A DNA stretch of 64,000 bases. Origin: Elsinoe ampelina. Taxonomy: Eukaryota. The first letter of the stretch is position 1, and every line of letters starts with the position of its first letter. A model generated the notes under the pieces. It saw only the letters and a program-made list of their open reading frames with translations. It had not been told where the DNA came from and did not search any database. This document shows, in pieces, positions 13,789 through 24,874 of this stretch. The position numbers were made by a program, and so were the translations under genes. The stretch lies in contig ML992502.1 of assembly GCA_010093995.1 (NCBI GenBank), positions 1,770,312 through 1,834,311 of the forward strand, given 5' to 3'.

Positions 13789-14187
13789 AATGCCGCCAAT
13801 TGAAGGACAAGATCCGCTATGAAGCGCTTTGCTGAAATGTCACATTCGATGTGGAAGACAGACGGGAAAAATTTCTTTACAATGGAGACGGGGATGGAGG
13901 GACTCCCATGCTTTGGCAATGACGTCTTGGCCTGATACTCCCATATGCCTGCCGCGGGGATAGTCCGGAATTTCGATTTTTTGCTGTGGAGAAAAGATCA
14001 GATAACGAGCCTCCGAGTCACACCGCAACACACAGCAAAACATCCTTGTACTTCGTCCATCTCTCGACATTTTCGAAGCATTGGACCTGGCGGTCTGTCT
14101 CGACCACGTGGGGAATCCCAGATATGTCGTCGAGGGAGAGTGAGTCGACGTTTTCAACCTTTGCTTTCCCATAACGCCTTGCTTGCC

Positions 14188-16164
14188 ATGGCTTCGAAAG
14201 TATGGAATATATCAGCCAATTCGAGCCCGACGAGGACGGATATAGCGCGTCTCTGGGTCAAATATGCTTCTTCCGCCTCGAGACCCGCTCTGGCTGCACA
14301 TGAACATCAGAAAGCTGTCCACGCTCGCTCACCGCGTCAAGCTCCAAGAAACAAACTCGCGGAACGGGATTTCTTCTTTGACGTCCTCAATGTTAGTGCC
14401 ACTCGAAGGGATGCGAAGCAGTACTTGTCTCGCTTCAGCGCGAAGCCAAAGTCGAGAACGAGAGCTTCATCCCCAAAACCACGACCAAAGTCTGTGCCGG
14501 GACGGACCGGAGTCAATCTTGGACAATTATATGCGCCAACAGCTGCCATTGAGCAGTCTCCTCAATTTGAGCAGAGCGAGGTAGAACGAAAATCAGCCTC
14601 TGTGATCCCAGAGAATGTCATGCACCTCGCGTTGGTTAGCATTCGGGTTCTGGATCTTGTGGAAGATCAAGCACTTGATAGCATTGCCTTGACCCTTTCT
14701 CAACTGGTCCGACTCGATATGAGGATAGCGATCACCTTTGATGTTTCTCGATCCGTTGGCGGGCGATCGTCCAACATTCAGGCGTACAAGGCCCAGTGTG
14801 AGACGCAAGGAGACCGGCTGGTCCGACTACTGGAAAAGCACAATCGAGGCGGAGCATGCTACATTGACAGCACATTCGGACTGTACTCTGACAGCCGTGA
14901 CCGAGTATCCGAACTGCAGAATCTCGACATCTCTATCGGTGCGCCGCTCGCTGATGCACTGAAAAGAAGATGCATACCAATCATACCTCCAATTGCCTAC
15001 GACGAGACTGTCAAGGCACAACCGGCGAAACGATCTGAAATAATGCATGCCTTGACAAGGGCTCTTTCCGGCCTCAAAGACGTCGCCTCCACATTCTCCA
15101 CTGCTCCAGCTGGGACGTCCATGAGCCTGGACCGTATCATCATGATCGATCCAATGGGAGGTATTCCTTCCCTACGAAGGGAGGACGGCTCGCACGTCTT
15201 CATAAATCTGGATCAGGAGTTCAGTGATATCGTGGAAGAGCTTTCTAACACATCTTCACTCCATGGAGAGGCCGTGAGCCATCATTTAGAGACCCTCCGC
15301 ACTCTGCGAGAATGCCTAGCAATCTTGCCGCCCTCTACATCCGCACTAGTGATCTCCCCGGAGGAAGCAGCAAGCTCATCTCGTCCCATTGACACCGACG
15401 TTGACCCTGCTACGATCAGGACTCGACGACAGAAAAATCCACTAATACACAATCTGCTCACTAACAGACCGGTCATCTCCTCGTCGTTACCAGCCGCAAG
15501 ATTGACCCCGTCAGCTCGACTACCAGCCGCCGGCGCAAGACCTCCATCACGTTCGACTTTAGTCAAACGTGGCATGCCATTGAAAATCATCCCGGATCCG
15601 CGAAAACATCCTTGGACGCCACCGCCATCGGGCAAGACAGACATCACGCTCGAAAATAATCCAGACATCAACTTCCCTCGCCTCCTGACTTTAATCGAAG
15701 ATTCTTTTCGTCGACCACTTGACGTTAAGCATTATCTGTCCAGGATCAAGCACAAGATTGCCGGTGTCATCATTGCAGGTGAATACGAAGGCGGTGCTAT
15801 CCTGACATGGGAGTCCCCTCCAGACTCCGACAATGACCCCACCCGGCTTGTCCCATATCTGGACAAGTTTGCCGTCCTGCAGAAATCTCAAGGCAATGCA
15901 GGTGTGGCGGATATCGTCTTCCAAGCCATGGTCCGGACTTGTTTCCCTAAAGGTGTCTGCTGGCGTAGCCGTTCCGACAATCCCGTCAACAAATGGTACT
16001 TTGAGCGCAGCTCTGGCACCTGGAAGCTGCCAGATGGGAAATGGACCATGTTCTGGACGCTACCGGGCGAGGATCTCGTGCTGGACGAGAGACGGTGGAA
16101 GGACTACACCGCTGTCTGCGAGGGGGTGGTGCCGAGCTGGGCGGACGGGAAGAAGGCAGACTGA
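14188..16164 (+). CDS. ARG2: Mitochondrial N-acetylglutamate synthase (amino-acid acetyltransferase)
   Basis: RDFFFDVL..ATRRDAKQYLSRF, IDPMGGIPS, HVFINLDQE, NPLIHNLLTNRP, GEYEGGAILTWE, YLDKFAV, WRSR.DNPVNKWYFERS. Confidence 0.92.
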   Translation: MASKVWNISANSSPTRTDIARLWVKYASSASRPALAAHEHQKAVHARSPRQAPRNKLAERDFFFDVLNVSATRRDAKQYLSRFSAKPKSRTRASSPKPRPKSVPGRTGVNLGQLYAPTAAIEQSPQFEQSEVERKSASVIPENVMHLALVSIRVLDLVEDQALDSIALTLSQLVRLDMRIAITFDVSRSVGGRSSNIQAYKAQCETQGDRLVRLLEKHNRGGACYIDSTFGLYSDSRDRVSELQNLDISIGAPLADALKRRCIPIIPPIAYDETVKAQPAKRSEIMHALTRALSGLKDVASTFSTAPAGTSMSLDRIIMIDPMGGIPSLRREDGSHVFINLDQEFSDIVEELSNTSSLHGEAVSHHLETLRTLRECLAILPPSTSALVISPEEAASSSRPIDTDVDPATIRTRRQKNPLIHNLLTNRPVISSSLPAARLTPSARLPAAGARPPSRSTLVKRGMPLKIIPDPRKHPWTPPPSGKTDITLENNPDINFPRLLTLIEDSFRRPLDVKHYLSRIKHKIAGVIIAGEYEGGAILTWESPPDSDNDPTRLVPYLDKFAVLQKSQGNAGVADIVFQAMVRTCFPKGVCWRSRSDNPVNKWYFERSSGTWKLPDGKWTMFWTLPGEDLVLDERRWKDYTAVCEGVVPSWADGKKAD

Positions 16165-17223
16165 TGGTCGGTTGATCATGCCCTCTGCAAAACACAATGG
16201 CTACAGACGGTCGAAGGCCAGACTGGCTCATCCCTCCTCACTGTCCCAATCGACAGTCCATCACCCAGATCAGGACGTGGCTCACCCCTACCCTTGGGGC
16301 CCAAACAGGAAAATCTGTCGCTCACGCACTAAGGAAAACCAGTCACCCCTCCGGATCGCGCAGGCATCACTTACCGCCGCACAGCCGCACAGCCGCACAG
16401 CCTCCCATCATAACCATCACGCTTCAGCCACCCCGTCGCACGAACCTCGCCCCCGATGAACCACCCAGCATCTCCGGAGCGTCACCATCAATCATCATCA
16501 TCTCCCCCCAGCGCACGAACAAGAAGCAATGCTGCCCGAACCTACCGACCTCGCAACATCCCTGCTCTCGGTACTGGTCCCGTCAATCGTTCCAAACCCC
16601 CAATGCAACGGTGAACACCAACCGACAGATTCAACACTGCTTGCATGAAACGCCATCACTGCGCAGCAGGCGAGCCGGGAACCGCAGCAGCAGACACGCC
16701 GCGCTAGGAACGGGGACGCACAAAATTGGAAGTCGACGGGAACGGAAAGGGAAAATGTGACCCGGCGTGTGACTGTGCGACGGCGCTAGACGAGCGGCGG
16801 AGCGAGGGAGCCTGACTGCATCGGGGATGGGGAACCCGGGGCGAGGAAAGTGGGAGGCAGGCCGGGGGACGGATGGGTGCAGCGTGGTCGGGCATAGCAC
16901 AGGAAGAACCAGGGAAGGGGGGCGGGGAGACCTGGTTGATGGGATGAGCACAGGCGGTAGACAGAGAGTTTGCAATGGCACTGTCCTCGATTCACTGCTG
17001 CACACTTTATTGCTATGACTTTCTAGGGAAACGAGGGAGCAGGAAGAGCGCCACACGAGCAGGGAGCAGTCCGTCGCTCAGCACGGGGGCAAAACCATAG
17101 CCACCCGACCAAGGCCTCCCCCCCCCCAGCAAAGTCCAGCTCGTGTCAAGTGCAAACCTTACCCGGCGGTTAACCCCTTCCCCGGCGCTTCGGCTGTCAC
17201 CTTGAGGCTCTGACGCATGCCGG

Positions 17224-17240
17224 GCGCGCGCGCGCGCGCG
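17224..17240. repeat. (CG)8 alternating tract, potential Z-DNA
   Basis: gcgcgcgcgcgcgcgc read directly. Confidence 0.7.
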
Positions 17241-20200
17241 CAATGTCATCACCCTGCGCCGTAGGGAAACAGGTTGTCTCAGCTAACCGGCGTCGGGCGG
17301 CTGGATGTACCTGTTCTATCACTCTTCCTTTTTTTTCGGTGGGGTCGTCTGTAGGGTGCGAACTATTGACGTGCATGCAGTGTATAACTATTGTATACTT
17401 CGCGTGGTTGAGGACCGTCTCCATTGGAATGCAGCAGTGCATGGGAGCCCGACGCATCTCGCTCGACAAAATCTATGCGGCGTACGTACCTTGCGAGGTT
17501 TGAGGGTCTCGAAGTGAAGATGTGAGTGGGGCGGAGACTCCGGCTGTGAATGCTACTAGAGCGAGTGAACAAGGCAAAAACACAGGCCAGAGGGAATGAT
17601 GAAGGCCATTGGTAGAGAACAGCCAATCACTTGCTAATCCCATGTATATCACTCCGCGCTGTATGACGAGTCGTTGTCAATGGTATTTGTATGCATGATC
17701 TAGAGCAGGATACTTGGGACGATTCACCGCTGTTTCGCGGCGTACAGAGGGTCAAACGAAGGCTGTTGTGACTTGTTCTGGACGGGGAGAGGGTTGCGTG
17801 GCTCGTCATCAGTTTGTGTTTGAGAACGGTGGCTGGACACGGCAATTCGAGTGGGCGACTGGACCGGCTTGATTGAAATGCCTTGAGCTTAGTTGAGCTG
17901 TTACATTAGTGGCGGCAAATTAGAGGTCAGAACGGGTCTGCTCCTTTCGTTTGATTGGTGTTCATCAGTTTCGCTGAGGGAGGGAGAATATAAATCCCTA
18001 TAGGCGTACGGGTGGCAAGCTGCAGGTTCCCACGTCTGGCGTGGCTTGACATGGTGAAGACTGGCAACGTGTAGCGACCGGAAGACTGGAACCTCGCAAC
18101 ACGCTGAATCGCTGGGCGCAGCAGGTAGTCGATAGTGTGGAGCCTCGAGGTGGCAGGTCTCCAGCTTGAGAGGTGCCAGCGTGCCCGGCATGCCGATCCG
18201 TGGAGCTCATCACGTTGCTTGTGTACTTTCTTCAGTAGGCTTAGCTCCAGCCGCAGACGCATGTAAACAACCGCACTAGAAAGCAGCTGCAGCCGAAACG
18301 CTTGGACCATATGGTCACGAGGAGGTTCATGCCGGTTAGCAGGATACCGAAGACTGATTCAGCCACAAATCCGGGACAAAGTGGTCGTCATATCGCTTGC
18401 TGCGACATGAGGAACCAAGCTGAGGTTGGTGGGAGCCGTCAATACACGTCTTGAGATACTGGCCATCCGAGACATTTTGTCGGAGTGTTGAAAGCCATCA
18501 CTATCGACACGACAAAGACAGGAGCGTACCCTGTCGCAGCACCCGACCCGACCTCGGACGGCGAGGGACGACCCAGTGTATAGAATAAAGCAGTGACGAA
18601 CTCATGATGTGACAACGGCACGGATAGCGCCTCTGCAACATTGGTCTGTCAATCCAGCTCTACTCAGTCAGGCATTCCGAGGAGATAGGGCAGGGTCGCT
18701 GAGAGAATCCATTGGAAGCCGTGTCTCGCAAGAGTATGGCCGACGGAACAATGATTGCAAGTCGATCTTGCAGGACCTGTCCTGATAGGCCCAACGAGTA
18801 TTCCCGCGCGCGTGACGTCTAGCTCTCCTTGGCGGGTGCATTCCAAACTTTGTGCCATTGATGTATCCCAATGGTAAGGGACATTCCATACACGGATCAA
18901 AATCCGAACTAAAAAGTGCGTTTCACGAGTACATCTCGTCAAGCGCGACGATTGTGCAGGAACGAGCGCACAGTCCGAAGACCATTGGGCCGCAGTATGT
19001 CGGTTTGCGAGATCATTTGCGCCATCGTCTGTCGAACAATTGTCTCTGGCTATCCATTGGAGAGTATAGCGAGACAGGGTCAGGGAGGGGTGGGCACGTA
19101 CACGATCGTGCAGACGCGGTGTACCCTTGAGTCAAGCTGTGCTGAGAAACAGAGCCTCAGGTCCGAGGGTGTGATTCGGCAGGAGGGGGAGGGGCAGTGT
19201 TGATCAATTGTGACGAGTTGTCTGAGAGACCGTACAGCGGCCAGTACTTCGCCGCTGAACATCATGAAAGGCCAGCGCACTTCGCAGAGCAATTAGTTCT
19301 GACTATTGAGATCCAGACTGTTCGGTCAGGCCGCCTGGCCGTCGGAGGTCTTCGCATCTGAACGGGCGCGTAGCGATGTGCTGGCAAAGCTGATGCACTT
19401 TGGTTGGGAAAGCCTCACGACTAGAGTGACGCGTATTGTTTCAGCTGGCGAGTATAGAGCAGATCGCTGTGTGTAGCCAATTACCAGAGTGGCAGCGAAA
19501 GCTCGTCACAAATTTAGGTGGTATTGCATCAAGGGCGCAAAAAGGCAAGCACGCGAAGCGTAGTATTGCAGCTATACACCCAGTCTATAGAGGGTGAAGT
19601 CGACAGCTCGGGAAGACTGCAGCGTAGCGGGGTCCTAGAATCTGCATGACTTGCATGCAACGGCACAGAGGTCGTCCGTCTGTTCCACCCATTTTGGATG
19701 CAGATGTTTGCGAGGTACTTGGACTTCGTGTCGCGAATGAGCGCTGTGAGAGCTCAATGCTCATCATGAAAGCCATGTGACGACATGGGGTCCCGAAGAA
19801 CATGCTGGCAACGGTAGAGTTGGTGTCAGGTGGGCGTATCAGATTGGGTGATAATCAGTAGAGTCGTCATGTGTCCAGATTCTAGCGTATCGAAAGCGTA
19901 CCGGAAAGTCGGATAAATGGATAAAGCGATCTAGTCTCAGTGACGAGAGTCTTTCTTGATGCAAGTCAACCGACTCAGTTACCTAGTGTGTGATTCGTGG
20001 TCAGGTGGCGCGGCAAGGTAGTGCTGGCTGACCAGACATGTAATGCGGATCGATGGGCAGAAAGCACCTGCTGGAGAGCTCGAGCTCCAGCCGAGTCAGA
20101 GCGGCGCCAAGGGGCTGCGAACACCAGGAGGGAAATATTGAAATGTTTTATTTTCGTCGGTAACACTCCAGCCTATCATCATCATGCATTGGCGAGTGCA

Positions 20201-22119
20201 CAGAGAAGGCGCATTTGCTAGTGCACGGTCGATTGTGCACATGGAAGCTCTGCTTGACACAAAGCAGGATTGCAGTGAAGCGTATCCGTTGAACAAAGTC
20301 TCCGGAGTTCCGGCCGCGGTTGGCACCGAGAGGCTAGAATAGTGGGGTAGGCTTGAGGCATTCCCAGATCTCTGACATGTGTCAATGCTTCCGAAGTGGG
20401 CAGAGACTGTGGACGGAAGATGTAGCTCATGGCAAAGAACGGAAAGCCACGGCCGAGGTGTGAGTGACTACCGATTCTGCTAGCGAAGACCCAGCGGAGC
20501 GGACCATTGAGAATCTCGATCCATTTCCTTCCAGCAGTAGGGAAAAGCTGTACCGAGCGAGAGGTTGAGTGAGCCACCGGGTGAGAGTTGGGCCTGAAAG
20601 CGTCGTCATTGCTGAGCTGCATAGTAGAGCTGTGAAGCTAAGGTGTGAAGCCTTGCTACTCATTGTCTTGGCCAGGAGGACTGGACAGCTCTAGCTCGGA
20701 TTCGGAGGGATAAGACCAATGAGATGGCGAGTAATCCCAAATCCCCAATGGAAAAATGATGCAGGAACAAAGAGGGACGGGAGAGGTGAACGAAGTCAAA
20801 GTGGAGACAAAGCACGTGCACATCTGCTGGGCAGCTGCCACCAATCATGCATCAGAATTCGGTACCAAACCATTCTGTCGGGTCCAGCACCGGCGAAGTC
20901 TAATTGGATTGATCAGAAGTTGGATGCTGATCTGATAGATCAAACGCCGCTAGCGTGCTTGAGCAGTCGACTTCCTCGAGGGGGTGTGGTTACACAGCCT
21001 AAGGATTGCCAACCTTGACTCATGCCTTTTTTTTCTCGATACTTTTAAGCCGTGAAAACGCGATATCGCCGGGCGGGGCAACCCCGCCAAAAAATTGTTC
21101 CAAAGCCATGCCCTCCTCCTGAGGCCGTCGATACCCTTCTCAGGATCATCATCATCACTGGGACTGGAAGTGATGTGTTTTTGAAATTTGAAATTGAATG
21201 CTGCTATAGACTCCTAAATCAGTCGCTCTATAGTACATATAAGCATCGCGAAAAAACAAAGCTGGCCTGTGTTCCGTGGTCTGCCGGGTGACATGCCCGA
21301 TATACAGAGCTCAGCGTTCGGTGGCAGATGAGAGCGCGGGCTCCCATTCATGCTGCCTACCTATGATGTCCATTGCCGTATAATATGTCTGCTCTTGACA
21401 TACCGAAAACGTCGAGTACAACTCAACAAAACCCAGGTTGCGCGATGCTGTCTCGCTCGCGGTCTGGTCGTCGCAAAGTATTCGAAGTCGATGAGATAAT
21501 CAAATCGAGTCTGAAGTGCGAGCGTTGTGGGGATGCCGGCGGCAGAGATGCTCACCACAAACATCTCTGCGGCCTGGCATGGTCCCTTGGCCGTCATATT
21601 TTGTAGATCGTGTGGTGATTGTGCACATTCGTGAGGCCCGGTGGATCAAATCCGGGTCTCGTTCGTCGTTATTCGTGATTCGTAACGTCCATTTGGACCA
21701 TGAGGTGTCATAATGACACAAGCCAATAAATGGCGGTCACGATGGGCGATGAATGTGCTTGTTGGTACATGAGATGTGCTGCTTAATGTTGTGCTGAGTG
21801 GGCGCCGTTCAGTCCGCGAAATCCAATGCAAAAGCCAATGCAGAAGTCAAAGCTATGTATTGGAATACTCCGTGGCTGCAGGATGAGAGGCTGATCTCGA
21901 ATCCTGCCAGAGGTTGAGATGCAGTATACCGGAGGTCGTTACAAGGAGAAGTCGTATCGTCAATCGGGAATGAAGTTTTGTGTGCTAAGGGGATCGTGAA
22001 AAGGTCCGAGAGATGTGAAAAGATCCTGAAAGGAAAGGCCATTGAGAGGCCAAGGAGAGAGAGATAACCGAAAGGGTGAGAAGCTCGAGGACCCTCACTA
22101 ACAATGCCACATGAGAAGT

Positions 22120-24874
22120 TCATGAGCCCTCACTGATAATGTTGGAAGGAAAGAAACCAGAGCTGGTCCTGCTGATGTCGGAACTGTCGAATGAATCAAG
22201 ACGATCCTGTGCGCGCATGCCGGGGACCCAGCGGGGATTTTGTTCGTGAAGGGTCGTGTGATGCATCACGTTGCCAAAGTCATCTTCCTCTTTTAATATC
22301 GAAGAGATGGGATCGTACATGCCTCCGAATCCATAGCCGTAATTGTTCTCCATAGCTGGACTGGGAGGGCTGAAGACAGTGCCTGTTCCCATCAAGCTGC
22401 GTTGGATCTCGAGAGTCAGATCATCCCCTGTGCCAGTGAGGAGAAAGTCATTGTCATTGTCGTTGCGGTCAGTGGTCATTTCGGTCGCCGGGGAGCTTAG
22501 ATCTTCGGGAGATGCGCTGTCGAAGGCGGCTCCTGAGCCTGCCGCGTAGTGCCGGAATCCATAGCTACCAGCTCCGGAGAAGTTGCTAGGGGAAGGACCA
22601 TCGAAGTAGAGAACAGAGAAAGGGCGGCCTGAATTGCCCTCTGGACTGCGAGTGGGAGACTTCTTGTACTCGTCTTCGTCATCCTTGGGTGGTTGAGGCT
22701 GCTTCGTGATGCTCTTCTGGTCATAATGATTCGGACTACGTCCACGAATGACAAGTCGCTCGCTGACGAGATGAGCCAAAAGTTCCCAATTAGCAGCACG
22801 AGTGCTATCAAGGCGAGTGTCTGCCCAAAGTTCGACCTTGAGGAAAAAGTATTGCTGAGCGGCGCGACGCTTTCCGTTGTTGACCGTGGCATTCTTGAAC
22901 TGGAGACGATCAAAGCAGTGCTGGCGGCAGAGGCCATCAGTAGATCCGTGCATGACCAGAGGAACATAGTCAGGGGTGTAGCGGTGGGACTGGTCCCGAT
23001 TGGTGCGGAAATCTGGGTCCTCGTCGTCCTCAACCTGCAGTGGTAGATTAGGCAGGTAGTGGGAGGGCGTATCGTAGGACGGGTTGCCTCGCAAGAAGTT
23101 CTGAATGGCTATACCCTCGTTGGAGTGCTCGGAACCGAGCGGAAGACCAGGAGCGACCTTGATATTCGTGACGTTTCGTTTCTTGCCATGATCTCGCTTT
23201 GCGGTGAATTGAATCAACTCGATTTCTTTACCGTGTGAGCCAGGATGATTTGGGTCCTCGGCGACGGCGGACACCTTCATAGAAAGTGCCTGCACGCGGC
23301 GAGAATGCAGATAAAGAGCTTGACCGTGGGATGGAGGCTCGAGAGTATAAGCTGCACTGGGCGCAACATAGTTGCGACGATAACCAGTCCACTCATTCTC
23401 GATCAATTTGATCCCCTTTTCGACTCTGGCAAAAAGTTGAGGTTGGACAAGTTCGTGACGCTCATTGCGCAAGGCACCACCAGTAAAGTCAAAGTACTCC
23501 CTCCAAGGCAGCATCGGTTCGACCCCGTCCTGGGGACTATCGGCACGCGAAGCGCTCATGGAACGATCGTCGCGCTGCATGGCGCCTGTCGGGGTAGGGT
23601 CGGGCCAGCGCGACCGGTCCGGAAGAGGATTGCTTGCTCGGGGTGATCTTGACTGGAAGCTCGAGGCGGCGAGTGTGTTCTCGGGGAAAGGCCGGGAGAG
23701 GCTTCGGAAGTTGGGAATACTTGACAGGTGTGGGGCGTCGGAACGGAAGGATGAATTGATAGGACTAGAAAGCCATTAGCGCACATGCCACGTGCAAGAG
23801 GAGTGATGAGGTACTCACGAGTGGCGGTATTGATTGGAAGTGTCGTAGGGATTGATGAAGGTTTGGTGGGGACTGGGAGGCTGGCGGGAGTAAGAGGGCT
23901 GAGAGGGGTCGATGGTGGAAACGGGAAAGATGTGTTCACTGATGGAAGGAAGCTGGTGTGAGTAGGACGAGGGGCTGGAGAGCGAGAGTTGACTGGACGG
24001 ATAGCTGGCGACGGGTCAGAATTTATGTTGTGCAATGTGTGACGGTGGTTGTAGGGGGGAAGTGGAAGAAGCGCGCTTCCAGAGATTGGGCTGTCGAGAG
24101 GACCTTGACTCGAGGGCGCTGCAAGTGACAATGGGACCGACAAAGTGGTGCATCTCTTTTAGCGTGCCACTGTGTCGGGAACAGTCAAAGGCGGGCACGC
24201 TCACGCAAAGGCCCCCGATGTGCTGGGTGACAGGCGAGATTGGCGTGATGGGCCGTGGAGTTTAAAAACAACCAATCGGCGGGAAAACATGTTACTTACA
24301 AATTCGATTGTGCCGAAGAAGGCATAGTGGCTCCGGGGCCATATGAGCCAACCAGCTCATGAGCCGAGTACTGGTGGGTGTGCTCAGCATCTGGCAAGTA
24401 CGTGGCCGACTCCTGCGTTGGCGAGTACAGATGCGACGGGGTTGGAGGTGATCCAAAGACGCCCTCGCTGGAGTTGTTGCGGCAGGTGCAGCCGGGAGAG
24501 CAATCTGTCAAACGAGTCAGCCAAGACCCGCTAAAGCAGGCTTGCAACAGCTGAGCAAACGACCAGCTCTGCCAGCGTCCAGCTCCCAGCTCCCAGCTCC
24601 CAGTTACGGCCGACGTGAGAGGAATCGGCCGCGGGACTGTCAGACGGGGCTCCTGGCTTTGCGACGGCTACAAAGGTAGGCGCCGCTGACGGAGTGCGAA
24701 TTACGGTTATGTGCCGAGCTCAATTTGATGAGAAGTGTTTGCTGGTGCAGCTGCAGCTGCAAGTGTGCTGGAGTCAAAAGCAAAACGGCGCCCGTACTGT
24801 CGGGATTGCGGTGACACGAGAGGGATGATCAAGTAATGTAGAACGGGCTTACCGTGATGCAGCATTTCAACCAT
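22120..24874 (-). CDS. Ndt80/PhoG-family DNA-binding transcription factor (NdtA/FSD-1-like); 5' exons tentative
   Basis: WTGYRRNY, ELIQFTAKRDHG, FDRLQFKNATVNNGKRRAAQQYF, SERLVIRGRSPNHY in 22120-23580. A phase-consistent upstream model starts at ATG 24874 with introns ending/starting near 24852-24505, 24299-24005 and 23818-23765. Confidence 0.85.

Noticed and set aside
13840..14187. Arginine attenuator peptide uORF upstream of ARG2
   Set aside because: The AAP belongs to the carbamoyl-phosphate synthetase small subunit gene (Neurospora arg-2/yeast CPA1); this gene is acetylglutamate synthase and no AAP-like peptide is visible
16424..16500. Possible C/D-box snoRNA on the minus strand (ATGATGA..CTGA)
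   Set aside because: The C box falls in a TGA microsatellite; no terminal stem or recognisable rRNA guide
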